DNA from: an uncultured Gemmatimonadaceae bacterium
GTDB lineage: Bacteria; Gemmatimonadota; Gemmatimonadetes; Gemmatimonadales; Gemmatimonadaceae
Assembly: GCA_963761305.1 (NCBI GenBank)
Contig: CAVXGK010000002.1
Span: 2,402,781 to 2,466,780, forward strand
Direction of reading: 5' to 3'
DNA length: 64,000 nucleotides
Notes under the pieces: generated by a model
What the model was told of the DNA's origin: nothing
The model's database searches: none
The model's input: the letters and a program-made list of their open reading frames with translations, nothing else
Program-made: the position numbers and the translations under genes
Shown: in pieces, positions 28,072 to 37,947 of the stretch
Layout of the letters: each line of letters begins with the position of its first letter
How positions within the stretch are numbered: position 1 is the stretch's first letter

Positions 28072-28122
28072 CTGCTGGCACGTTCCTCGGCGGCTGGTTA
28101 CTCTCGGCCAAGCCCCGCCGAG

Positions 28123-29874
28123 ATGCGAAAGAAGAATTCGCTGAAGGACTCTCCAAAAAAGAATTCGAATCCCAAGGCTCGCACGGCACCGCCGGCGAGC
28201 GGGAATCCTGTTTCGCACCGCGCCGGCGCGGCGCTGGTGTGCGCGGTGGCGATCGCGGCGAGCGTCGCGGGGATCCTGAACGAATTCACGCAGGACGATC
28301 TCTCGATCCTCGTCGAGTCCGCGCGACTGCACGGATTTGCGGCGCTGAGAGACATCCTCACGCTTCCGTATTGGCCGCCGCCGGCGGCGCCGGACCTCTA
28401 TCGTCCGTTCGCGTCGATTCTGTTGGCGATGCAATACGCAATCGGCGATGGCGCGCCGATCGTGTTCCGAATCGTGAGCTACGCGTTCTACGCGGCGGCG
28501 AGCGTCGGATTGTATCGGCTGGCGCTGCGACTCGTGGCTCCGCGGATCGCGCTGGCGGTCGGCGTTTTGTTCGCGGCGCATGCCGTGCACGTGGAAGCCG
28601 TGGCGCTGGCCGTCACGCAGAACGAGCTCCTCGTCGGCGCGCTCGCGACGGTGATGGTGACGTTGTACGTCGACCGGCGACGTGCGGGTGACGGCATTCT
28701 CTCGGCGCGCGATTGGGCGATTCTTGGCGCGTGCTACGCGATCGCCGGTTTCTCCAAGGAGCAGGGACTGTTGCTGCCGGCGTTTTTGGTTCTCGCCGAG
28801 ATCTTCCTTTCACCTGATCGACCGTTGAGTGCGCGCGTAGGCGCGTTGTGGCGTGGATTCGCCGCGCTCGCGGTGATCGCCGCCGCGATGATCGCGATTC
28901 GAACTGCTGTATTGAGCGGCGTCGTCGGTCCGACGATGATCGCCGAAGCGCTGCGCGGTCAGACGATGGGCGGTCGATTGCTCACGATGCTGAAGATCGT
29001 TCCGGAGTGGGCGCGCCTGTTCGTGTGGCCGGCGCATTTGCGCGCCGAGTATTCGCCGCGCGAATTCGTCGCGTCGACGTCGTTCGGCGGAGCGGAAGCG
29101 TCGGGACTCGCGATCGTCGCATTCGTCGCACTCGTCATCTGGACGACTCGGCGCAGCGCACCGACGGTGGCGTTCGGCCTCTCATGGATGTGCGTCGCGC
29201 TGTTTCCCGTGAGCAACGTGGTGATCCCGACGGGAATTCTCCTCGCCGAGCGCACGTTGTTCTTGCCGAGCATGGGATTCGTGTTGGCCGTCGGCGGCGC
29301 GATGTCGTTCGTGGCGAGTCGGCGGCCGGATGTCGCGCGGCACGCCGGGACGTTCGCCGCCGCGGCCGTGGCGATCCTCGCGCTACTCGGTGTGACTCGG
29401 AGCGTTGAGCGGCAGCGTGTATGGCGAGATCCGATGGCGCTGACGCTGGCGAGCATCGAGGATGCGCCGCTCAGTTGGCGCGTACAGCAGGTCTACGGCG
29501 ACATGCTGTTCAATCAGGGACACCGCGCGGAGGGGATCGCGGCGTTTCGCCGGGCGATCGATCTCGCGCCGGAACCGTGGCGGCCGAGAAACCTGCTCGC
29601 CGGGAAGTTGCGGGCGATCGGTGACGACAAGGACGCGGTGATGCTGCTGCGCGCGAGCCTCGCCGACGATCCGCGACAGATTCAAACGCTCGCTGCGCTG
29701 CCGCCGGCGCTGATCGGCGCCGGGCTGTACGCGGACGCGAAGCGATTGGCGGACAGCATCATCGTCGCCGAAAACGGGCCACCGCTCATGGTGCAGATGA
29801 GCCACATCGCCGACAGCGCGATGAAGGTGAATGCGCCGCCGGGCAGCATTCGCCTCGGCGTTCCGAGGCAGTGA
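28123..29874 (+). CDS. TMTC/PMT_2-like polytopic membrane protein with C-terminal helical repeats
   Basis: 583-aa ORF. NEFTQDDLSILVESARL, PDLYRPFASILLAMQY and LKIVPEWARLFVWPAHLRAEYSP. Paralogue of 7553-9316. Confidence 0.85.
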   Translation: MRKKNSLKDSPKKNSNPKARTAPPASGNPVSHRAGAALVCAVAIAASVAGILNEFTQDDLSILVESARLHGFAALRDILTLPYWPPPAAPDLYRPFASILLAMQYAIGDGAPIVFRIVSYAFYAAASVGLYRLALRLVAPRIALAVGVLFAAHAVHVEAVALAVTQNELLVGALATVMVTLYVDRRRAGDGILSARDWAILGACYAIAGFSKEQGLLLPAFLVLAEIFLSPDRPLSARVGALWRGFAALAVIAAAMIAIRTAVLSGVVGPTMIAEALRGQTMGGRLLTMLKIVPEWARLFVWPAHLRAEYSPREFVASTSFGGAEASGLAIVAFVALVIWTTRRSAPTVAFGLSWMCVALFPVSNVVIPTGILLAERTLFLPSMGFVLAVGGAMSFVASRRPDVARHAGTFAAAAVAILALLGVTRSVERQRVWRDPMALTLASIEDAPLSWRVQQVYGDMLFNQGHRAEGIAAFRRAIDLAPEPWRPRNLLAGKLRAIGDDKDAVMLLRASLADDPRQIQTLAALPPALIGAGLYADAKRLADSIIVAENGPPLMVQMSHIADSAMKVNAPPGSIRLGVPRQ

Positions 29875-29985
29875 GCTTCCGTCATCTGGCCGGGGGTGCG
29901 ACGTTTCGTGCGCGTCGCATGCAGCGCTGTTCACAGCGCGCGCGGCGCACGTTTTTCCCTCCAACTTTGACGGAGCTCAGTACGC

Positions 29986-31011
29986 GTGAAAGCGCTGGTG
30001 AAAGCCGCGGCTCGCCCGGGGTTCGAACTGAGGGACGTTCCCGAACCGACGATCCGCGACGATGAGGTCTTGATTCGTGTGAGGCGTGCCGGCGTGTGCG
30101 GCACCGACGTTCACATCTACGACTGGGACAACTGGGCACAGGGGCGCGTCAAGCCGCCGACCATCGTCGGCCACGAGTTCGCGGGTGACGTCGTACGCGT
30201 GGGTCGCCTGGTGACCGACGTCCACGAGGGCGATCGCGTGACGGCCGAAGGGCACATCGTGGACGGACGCTGCCTGCTTTGCCGCACCGGCAACTCGCAC
30301 GTGTGTCCCTACACGAAGATCATCGGCGTGGACCGCGACGGCTGCTTCGCCGAGTACATCGCGATGCCGGCGACGAACGTGTGGCATCTCGACGACAACA
30401 TCTCGTTCGACGTCGGCGGCATTCACGATCCGATGGGCAACGCGTTTCACACGGCGCTCACGGCGCCGATCCCCGGCTCGACGGTGCTCATCACGGGCTG
30501 CGGTCCGATCGGCATCTTCGCGGTCGGGATTTGCCGGGCGGCCGGCGCGTCGCGCATCATCGCCAGCGACGTGATCGAAGCGCGGCTCGCGCTCGCCAAG
30601 CAGATGGGCGCGCACGACGTGGTGCATCCGGCGGAAGCCGAGGCGGTGGTGAAGCAGCACACGGAAGGCCTCGGGGTGGACGTGGTGCTCGAGATGTCCG
30701 GCATTCCGGCGGCGATTCACCAGGCGTTCTCGCTGGTGCGCGTGGGCGGACGAGTCCAGCTCCTCGGCATTCCGTCGCAGAAGGTGGATCTCGATCTGCC
30801 GAACGAGATCATCTTCAAGGGGCTCACCGTGTACGGCGTCGTCGGACGACGGATGTACGACACGTGGCTCCTCATGACGCGCTTCCTGCGATCCGGCCAG
30901 TTCGATCCGACGCCGGTGATCACACATCGCTTTCCGCTCGAGGCGTACGACGACGCGATCCGCGCGATCAAGTCCGGGCAAGCCGGCAAAGTGATCTTCG
31001 AGATCGCCTGA
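29986..31011 (+). CDS. tdh: L-threonine 3-dehydrogenase
   Basis: MKALVK.., GVCGTDVHIYDWDNWAQ, IVGHEFAGDVV and GCGPIGIF are zinc-ADH/Tdh signatures. Followed by kbl. Confidence 0.92.
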   Translation: MKALVKAAARPGFELRDVPEPTIRDDEVLIRVRRAGVCGTDVHIYDWDNWAQGRVKPPTIVGHEFAGDVVRVGRLVTDVHEGDRVTAEGHIVDGRCLLCRTGNSHVCPYTKIIGVDRDGCFAEYIAMPATNVWHLDDNISFDVGGIHDPMGNAFHTALTAPIPGSTVLITGCGPIGIFAVGICRAAGASRIIASDVIEARLALAKQMGAHDVVHPAEAEAVVKQHTEGLGVDVVLEMSGIPAAIHQAFSLVRVGGRVQLLGIPSQKVDLDLPNEIIFKGLTVYGVVGRRMYDTWLLMTRFLRSGQFDPTPVITHRFPLEAYDDAIRAIKSGQAGKVIFEIA

Positions 31012-31026
31012 TCCGATTCGCGCTGT

Positions 31027-31061
31027 ACTCCGCACTCCGCCCCCCGCACCCCGCACTCCCC
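31027..31061 (+). repeat. C-rich CCGCAC-word repeat in tdh-kbl spacer
   Basis: actccgcactccgccccccgcaccccgcactcccc, the same word family as 61585-61655 and 62954-62974. Confidence 0.7.
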
Positions 31062-31070
31062 TCTCGTCAT

Positions 31071-32309
31071 ATGTCGCTCAACAAAGAATTCACCAAAGGG
31101 CTCGAGGACACGATCGAGCAGCTTAAGCGGGATCGCGTCTACAAACGACTCAACTATCTCGCGTCGCCGCAATCGTCGCGCGTGAAGATGGAAGGCCGCG
31201 GCGACGTGCTGATCCTGTCGTCGAACAACTACCTCGGTCTGTGCGACGAGCCGTCGGTGGTGCAGGCGGGGATCGACGGCCTCAAGGAGCTCGGCGCGGG
31301 CACGGCGAGCGTACGCTTCATTTGCGGCACGTTCGCGATTCACCGTGAGCTCGAGGCGGCGCTGGCGAAGTTCGTCGGGTGCGAATCGTCGCTCAGCTTC
31401 GTGTCGGCCTGGAACGCGAACGAAGGACTGACGGCCACGGTCGCGCAGGAAGGCGACTACATCGTGTCCGACGCGCTCAACCACGCGTCGATCATCGACT
31501 CGATGCGGCTCGCCAAAGCGATCAGCAAATGCACGACGGCCGTGTTCAAGCACGCCGACATGGACGACCTGCGCGCCAAACTCGCCGAGGCAAAGGGATT
31601 CAAGCGACGAATGATCTGGACCGACGGGATCTTTTCGATGGAGGGCGCGATCGCGAAGCTGCCCGACATCTTGCAGATCGCGCGCGAGACGAACTCGATC
31701 GTCGCCGTGGACGATTCGCACTCGACCGGCGTGCTCGGCAAGACGGGACGAGGAACCGCGGAGCACTTCGGCGTGCTCGGCGAGGTCGACATCATCACGT
31801 CGACGCTCGGCAAAGCGCTCGGCGGAGCGGCGGGAGGATTCGTCGCCGGACCTGAAGCCCTCACCGATTATCTCACGCAGCGCTCACGGCCGCAGCTCTT
31901 CTCGAACGCGCTGCCGCCGACCGTGGCAGCGAGTGCGCTTGCTGCGGTGCGACTGGTCGAAGCGAATCCGGGTCGCGTCGAAACGCTGCGCCAGAACACG
32001 AAGTATTTCCGAGAGCAAATCACCGAAGCCGGATTCAAACCAATTCCCGGCGAGACGCCGATCGTGCCGATCATCGTCGGCGAGACGGCGGCGGCGATTC
32101 AGATGAGCGACATGCTGCTCGACGAGGGCGTGTTCGTGACGGGGTTTGGATTCCCCGTTGTGCCGCAGGGAACGGCGAGGGTCAGATGCCAGATCTCGGC
32201 GGGGCATTCGCGCGACGATCTCGACGAGGCGGTTCGGGTGTTCAAGAAAGTGGGAGCAAAACTCCGACTGATAGGGGCGAAGGGCGAAAATAACGAAGGG
32301 CGAAGATAA
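31071..32309 (+). CDS. kbl: Glycine C-acetyltransferase (2-amino-3-ketobutyrate CoA ligase)
   Basis: ATG 31071. LSSNNYLGL, ASVRFICGT, HASIIDS, VDDSHSTGVLG and TSTLGKALGG (PLP lysine loop). The last 11 codons run into the 16-nt repeat array. Confidence 0.92.
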   Translation: MSLNKEFTKGLEDTIEQLKRDRVYKRLNYLASPQSSRVKMEGRGDVLILSSNNYLGLCDEPSVVQAGIDGLKELGAGTASVRFICGTFAIHRELEAALAKFVGCESSLSFVSAWNANEGLTATVAQEGDYIVSDALNHASIIDSMRLAKAISKCTTAVFKHADMDDLRAKLAEAKGFKRRMIWTDGIFSMEGAIAKLPDILQIARETNSIVAVDDSHSTGVLGKTGRGTAEHFGVLGEVDIITSTLGKALGGAAGGFVAGPEALTDYLTQRSRPQLFSNALPPTVAASALAAVRLVEANPGRVETLRQNTKYFREQITEAGFKPIPGETPIVPIIVGETAAAIQMSDMLLDEGVFVTGFGFPVVPQGTARVRCQISAGHSRDDLDEAVRVFKKVGAKLRLIGAKGENNEGRR

Positions 32310-32406
32310 CGAACGGCGAAACTAACAAAGGGCGAAACTAACAAAGGGCGAAGACAACAAACGGCGAAGCTAACAAAGGGCGAAGGTGACGAACGGCGAG
32401 AACGAC
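32275..32406 (+). repeat. 16-nt tandem array (AAAGGGCGAAACTAAC-type) x8
   Basis: Units in register at 32295, 32311, 32327, 32343, 32359, 32375 and 32391 with a partial first unit. Overlaps the kbl stop (32307-32309). Confidence 0.95.
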
Positions 32407-32477
32407 GACGACCTCCGCCGTTGTCCGGTCCACCCGTCCACGCGGCTCCAGACTTGCTGCACAAACGTCGAATCCGG

Positions 32478-32554
32478 CCCTTCGCCGTTCGTTAGCTTCG
32501 CTCTTCGTTAGTATCGTTTCTTGTCACCTTCGCCGTTTGGCAGTTTCGCCCCCC
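32478..32554 (-). repeat. Same 16-nt unit in inverted orientation, about x5
   Basis: cccttcgccgttc gttagcttcgctcttc gttagtatcgtttctt gtcaccttcgccgttt ggcagtttcgcccccc is the reverse complement of the 32275-32406 units. The 71-nt centre holds an octamer fragment ccggtccacccgtccacgcgg (32425-32445). Confidence 0.9.
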
Positions 32555-32633
32555 GGCGTTCCCGTGACGCGGCCGTTTTCGCCTCGTCCGACATAGAGAC
32601 CAACTGATAGCTTTCTCTTTGTCGAGGATCCGT

Positions 32634-33299
32634 ATGCGAATTCTCCGTGCGCTGGCGCTCGCTTCCGCTGTCGTCGCGCTGCCCGCCATCTCGGGCGCCC
32701 AGGAAGGGCGACAGTTCAAGGACGCGTGGTTCTGGGGCTTCAAGGCCGGCAGCCTCACCCTCGCCGACAGCGGCGGCCACTACACGCAAGCCCCGTTGCT
32801 GGGCTTCGAGTGGCTGATCACGCGAACGCACGGCGGATTGTATCTGTCGGCGAGCCAAGCATTCTTCAATCAGCAGACGTTGGCGATTCGCGATCCCAAC
32901 GCGCCTGCGGACAGCGGGCTCCGCGTCATCAACCTGACGAACATGCGCCGGTTCGATGCGGCGGTCATGGCGTTCCCGGGTGAGCACAATCGCTGGCATC
33001 CCTACGCCGGCATCGGGTTCACGCTGAACATCATCGCCGACGCGCAGGGACAAGCGCCGTTCGGCAGCGTCGACCAGCTGGCGTTCACGCAGGCGATGAT
33101 CCAGCAGGACAAGGTGAGCTTCTCCCCGCTCGGCATCGCCGGGGTCCAATATCGGTTCCCCGAGATTTCGGTGTTCGGGCAGGGCACGGTCAACGCGACC
33201 CAGCACACCTTCCTGCTCTACAACGGACAGCCGGTCAATTTCTCGTTCGAGATCGGGGTCCGATACAACGTCGGATCGTCAATCGACAAGAACAACTAG
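32634..33299 (+). CDS. Putative outer-membrane beta-barrel protein
   Basis: ATG 32634 gives a signal peptide MRILRALALASAVVALPAISGAQ. Alternating-hydrophobic strands and aromatic girdle residues (WFWGFKAG, GFEWLITR, YAGIGFTLN, GIAGVQYRF, FEIGVRYNV). Confidence 0.7.
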   Translation: MRILRALALASAVVALPAISGAQEGRQFKDAWFWGFKAGSLTLADSGGHYTQAPLLGFEWLITRTHGGLYLSASQAFFNQQTLAIRDPNAPADSGLRVINLTNMRRFDAAVMAFPGEHNRWHPYAGIGFTLNIIADAQGQAPFGSVDQLAFTQAMIQQDKVSFSPLGIAGVQYRFPEISVFGQGTVNATQHTFLLYNGQPVNFSFEIGVRYNVGSSIDKNN

Positions 33300-33320
33300 G
33301 GACCAACGGCTTAGAGAACC

Positions 33321-33356
33321 AATGGCCGGCCCCTAGGGGCCGGCCATTTGCTTTGG
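33321..33356 (+). terminator. Rho-independent terminator-like hairpin
   Basis: Perfect 13-bp GC-rich palindrome aatggccggcccc-ta-ggggccggccatt followed by tgctttgg, 22 nt after the stop at 33299. Confidence 0.6.
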
Positions 33357-33413
33357 GGCCGACGGAAACGCCCAAAGGCCCAACGTCTGGCCGCGCCCGC
33401 GGTTAGCTGCGTC

Positions 33414-35370
33414 GTGCGCACTCGAGATCGACGACGGGTCGGTTGGTTCGCGGCTTTCGCTGTGGCAGCCGTCGCGGCCTATTCGTCGGCCGTCCGGGCC
33501 CCGTTCGTCTTCGACGACCTCCCGGGCATTCAGCAGAACGAGACGATCCGCTCGCTGTCGCCCGCCGTGCTGCTTCCCCCCGCGCGGAGCTCGGTCGCCG
33601 GACGACCGGTCGTAAACGTCACGCTCGCCGTCAATTACGCCATCAATGACGCCCTCGGCGTCGACCAGCAGGGAGATCCCGACGGGCCGAACAAGACGAT
33701 CGGGTACCATATCGCCAACGTGCTGTTTCATCTGCTGTGCGGACTCCTGTTGTTCGGCATCATCCGGCGCACGATCGCCCACGACGATGAGGCGGCCGAG
33801 AATCTCGACGCGGAGCGAGTCGCCGGGTTCGCCGTCCTGCTGTGGCTCGTCCACCCGATTCAGACCGAGGCGGTGGATTACGTCATCCAGCGCTCGGAAC
33901 TGATCGTCTCGTTGTTCTACGCCGCGACGCTCTACGCAGCGATCCGGGCCTGGGACTCCAAGAACCGCTCGACGCGGTGGTGCGTCGCCTCGGTGGTCGC
34001 TTGTGCGCTCGGGATGGCCAGCAAAGAGGTCATGATCACGGCGCCGATCGTCGTCATGCTCTACGACCGGGCGTTCCGCGCCGATTCGTGGGCGGAGCCA
34101 TGGCGAAACGCGCAACGGCGGCGGCTATACGTCGCGCTGTCGGCGACGGGCGTCATCGTGCTGCTCACCATACTCGCCGGTGCCCGCAGCCAGAGCGTCG
34201 GCTTCGGCCTCGGCGTGCCGTGGTATGAGTATTTCTACACACAGGCCTGGGCGATCGCGCGGTACGTGCGACTTCGTGGCGTGGCCGAACGCGCTGACGT
34301 TCGACTATGGAGAACGGCCGGTTTCTTTCGCGCAGAGCATCCCGGGCCTCCTGCTGCTGGGAGGGTGTTTCATCGGCACCGTCGTCGCGTTCGTGCGACG
34401 CCGCTGGATGTGGCTCGGATTCCTCGGCGCGTGGTTCTTCCTGATTCTGGCGCCGTCGTCGAGTGTGGTGCCGATCAAAACCGAGATCGCCGCCGAGCGG
34501 CGCATCTATCTCGCGAGCGCGGCGGTCTTCGTGCTCGTCGCCATCGGGGCGGAGCGGTTGGCGAGGCGGTTTGCGAAAGGAGTGGTCGTCCAGCGGGCGG
34601 CGTTCGGGCTCGTCGCGGCGGCACTCGTCGTCGCCAGTGCGATGCGTGGCCTCACGTTTCGCAGCCAGGAGACGCTCTACCGCGACGTGATCGCCAAGGC
34701 TCCGTACAACCCTCGCGGATACGTCGGCGTCGGCCTTGTGTATCTCGAGCGCGGACCGGCGTCGTTCGACACCGCGACCGACTTGTTCAAGCGGGCGCTC
34801 GCCGTCGATTCCAGCTCGACGTTGGCGTGGCGGAGCCTCGCGCTGATCGACGGGCTGACGCAGGAATGGCCTGACGCGGTCGCGGCGTACGGTCACGTGC
34901 TGCACGTCGACTCGACGGACGCCGGGGCGACGGACGGAATCGCGCGCGCCTTTCTCGCCCAGGGAGACGCCGCGGCGGCGACGCCGTACGTGGAACGGAT
35001 GGGCAGCGCCGATCTCGGGCTCCTCTGGTCGCTCGGCAAGGAGCTCGTCGACGAGCATCGCGGGCAAGATGCGGTGCGCTATCTCGAGGTCGCGGCCAAC
35101 AGCGAGGTGCCGTCGGCCGAGAACCTGGCGGAGCTGAGCGAAGCGTACGCGCAGAGCGGGCGCGTCGACGACGCCGAGAAGGCGGCCGCCGTGGCGACGG
35201 CGAGCGCCGGAGACACAGCGACTGTATTCGTGCTCGCCGGACGCGCGATGGTCGAAGCGCGTAAGATCGGTGAGGCGCGAACATATCTGCTGCACGCACT
35301 CGCTCTCGACTCGTCGCTGGACGCGGTGCGACACGCGCTCGATTCAATCAACGCGCCGCATTCGCACTGA
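33414..35370 (+). CDS. TMTC/PMT_2-like membrane protein with C-terminal TPR repeats (one frame break near 34273)
   Basis: N-terminal half in the ORF 33348-34874 frame (FVFDDLPGIQQNETI .. YFYTQAWAIARYVRL). It continues in the ORF 34180-35370 frame (VAWPNALTFDYGERP .. TPR-like C-terminus) if one T of tt 34273-34274 is removed. Start GTG 33414 preferred over TTG 33348. Confidence 0.8.
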
Positions 35371-35431
35371 GCAGTACAGCGGAATAGGTTATGGCCGCGC
35401 GGTTACTCCGCCGGCCACCGACCCTTCCAAA

Positions 35432-37118
35432 TTGCGCGATCGTCTCACCAAAGCGTCGATCGTTCTGATCATCCTCGTCGCGGCGTGCGTGACCGCGCTC
35501 GCGTCTCGGCGGAATTCGCTCACCTGGGACGAGCCGGTGATGATCGCGTCGGGCGCGCGCGGCATGGTGACGGGCGATTTCACCATGACGTGGGATCAGC
35601 CGCCGGGCGTTCCGTACGTGTACGGCGTCGCGGTGCGCTTGTACGACTTATTGTCGAAGGCACGCGGCGGCACCGGCGTGCGGTATCCGTCCGAAGACGG
35701 GACGATCGTGCTTCCGCCGGAGCTTGCCGCGCAGTTGCCGCCGAGCGTTCACGCATCCGGAAGCGGACTTGTGCCGCGGTGGGGGCTGTACAGTCGATAC
35801 GACTACGCGCGCGAGCTCTTCTTCAAGTCCGGCAACGACCCGGAGCGGCTGGCGTTTACGGCACGATTGGCGACGATCGTCATCGCGTCGCTGCTCGGGT
35901 TGATGGTCGCGGTGTTCACGTGGCGAAGGGCCGGGCCGTTGGCATCCGTTCTCGCGACGTCGCTCTTCGTTTTCTTGCCGGACGAGCTGGCGCAAGGCGG
36001 CATCGCGTACAACGACGTAGCGCTGGCGTTCTGTTTCTTCATCGCGGCGTGGGCGATCGACAATTGCATTCGCCGGCCCGCTTCCACGCAGCGCGGTGCT
36101 GGCCGGCGCGGCGACGGGGCTCGCGTTGGGCGTCAAGTTCAGCGCGCTCACGCTCGGTCCGATCGCGATCATTCTCTGCGCCGCCGAATGGATGTCGCGC
36201 CGGCGTGACGCCGAGTGGATGCGAAAGATGGCGGCGGCGGCGCTAGTCGCGTTCGGCGTGAGGCTGGTCGTGTTGTTCGTCGTCTACGGCGGCGATTTCA
36301 CGTTGACGCAGTTCCGCGAGGGTGTGCGCGAACAGCTCCGACACTCGGCGAGCGGGCACGGCGTGCCGGCGTACTTGTTCGGCCACACGAGCGACGACGG
36401 GATGTGGTACTTCTTTCCCGTCGCGCTCGTGCTCAAGACGCCGATCGCGTTCCACGTTCTCGCGTTGATCGCGTTGTACGGATATGTCGCGACGCGAAAG
36501 GGCGGCGGTTCGGTGCTGACGAGCCCTTTGCGATTTCTCGTCGTGGGAATCCTCGTGTATCTCGCGGTGTTGATGCGGTCGAATCTCGACATCGGGGTTC
36601 GGTACGCGTTGGCGGTGATGCCGTCAATCGTGATTCTGGTCGCGGTTGGGCTGGCGCGAGTCTGGGAGAGAACGCGCTTGGCCGCGCGCGCGACGATCAT
36701 CGCGTTCACCGTGGCGAGCGTCGCGTCGCCGTTGGTGCGGTATCCATGGTTCCTGTCGTACATCACCGAGTGGGTGCCACCGCGGACGAGTCACACGGCG
36801 ATGGTGGACTCGAATCTCGATTGGGGGCAGGGGCTGTTGGCCCTGCGGGATTTCATGCGCGACGAGCACGTGGACGGCGTGTACTTGGCGTACTTCGGCT
36901 CGGCGTTGCCGGAAGGTTACGGCATTCGCTACTCGCCGCTTCCCAGTTGGAGCCCGCTTCCGCAGCAGCCGCCGTTACCGGCCGCGCCGCACTGGGCGGT
37001 GATCTCGGCGACGTTGCTTCAAGGGCTGTACGAGAACGGTGATCCGTTCCGCACGCTTCGGGAGCGGGCGCCCGATCGGATCATCGGCAACTCGCTGTTC
37101 GCTTACCGGGTGCCGTGA
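35432..37118 (+). CDS. GT39/ArnT-PMT family glycosyltransferase (one frame break near 36095)
   Basis: LTWDEPVMIASGARGM.., many TM segments and LALGVKFSALTLGP. The ORF 35270-36208 frame joins the ORF 36096-37118 frame (..IRRPASTQR|VLAGAATGLALG..) if one G of gg 36095-36096 is removed. Start (TTG 35432) is uncertain. Confidence 0.75.
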
Positions 37119-37215
37119 GCTCGGTCGATTAGCTCACGGAGTTCGGTCGTTCGCTCACGGAGTTCGGTCGTTCGCTCGCGGAGTTCGGTCGTTCGCTCGC
37201 GGAGTTCGTTCCTTT
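37119..37215 (+). repeat. 21-nt tandem array (GCTCACGGAGTTCGGTCGTTC) about x4.3
   Basis: Starts at the base after the stop 37116-37118. Units at 37132, 37153, 37174 and 37195 (the last degenerate). Confidence 0.95.
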
Positions 37216-37947
37216 GCTGCGTCTCCGCAACACTTGTGGCTCTTACTTCGTTCCGCCGGCGACGTGCAGCGGGTCGGCGCTGCCTTTACGCCGGCTGGCG
37301 ATCGCGGTGCACAGTCGTGAGGCGCCGTGCGGCGTTTCGGTGCGAGCGATCGGCGAGGCGTCGAGGCCTGAGAGTTGGAGTCGGCCGACGTCGCGGCGGA
37401 TGTTGGTTGCCAGGCCTTTGGTCGTCGCGCGTTCCGATGTTGAAATGTGGATTTCCGGCGGAAGTGAACGGTGTTCGCACGATCCGGCGCGAAGTCCGCA
37501 GGGTCCGTCGTCACCGCACGGCGCGGAGGCGCGCACGCCGGGCGATCGCACGCCGACTGATGCCGGGGAGTTGCCGTCGGAACGCGATCCGTCGACGACT
37601 GAGTGCTGACTGATGCGAACTAAATTCGTGCGATGTGGCGCGCACGCCACGGCGATGCGAACTGAACTCGCGCCGTGGTCGCCGATATTCGAGCGACGCC
37701 GAACTGACAGCGGTCAGTCGCGAGTTGAAATCGGGGATCGACGAGTTGGCGTCGGGTCGACGCGGTTGAACGCGAGGACAGTGAAAGCGTCTGTTGGTCG
37801 TTGGATGGTGGCGTTTGCGCGCGCGCGGCCGGCATCGCGAGATTTTCCACATCACCGCGGGTCGCGGCGGACTGAGTGCAGGACGGAATGAGTTGAACGG
37901 CCGGCGGCGCTCGATGAATGCGTGGATCGCACGCCGCCGAACTTGCG

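Noticed and set aside
28076-28090. Sigma54 promoter-like TGGCACgttccTCGG upstream of 28123
   Set aside because: The -24 element is good but -12 reads TCGG instead of TTGC (the GC dinucleotide is displaced). Not convincing without mapping.
28164-28173. tRNA T-loop-like ttcgaatccc
   Set aside because: It lies inside the coding sequence of the 28123 gene, and no acceptor or anticodon arms can be drawn. No tRNA was found anywhere in the window.
30279-31070. Upstream extension of the kbl ORF (and the similar extension 25440-25877 of the CDF ORF)
   Set aside because: The extensions overlap tdh (or mutM on the other strand) and are Arg-rich. Canonical N-termini begin at ATG 31071 and ATG 25878.
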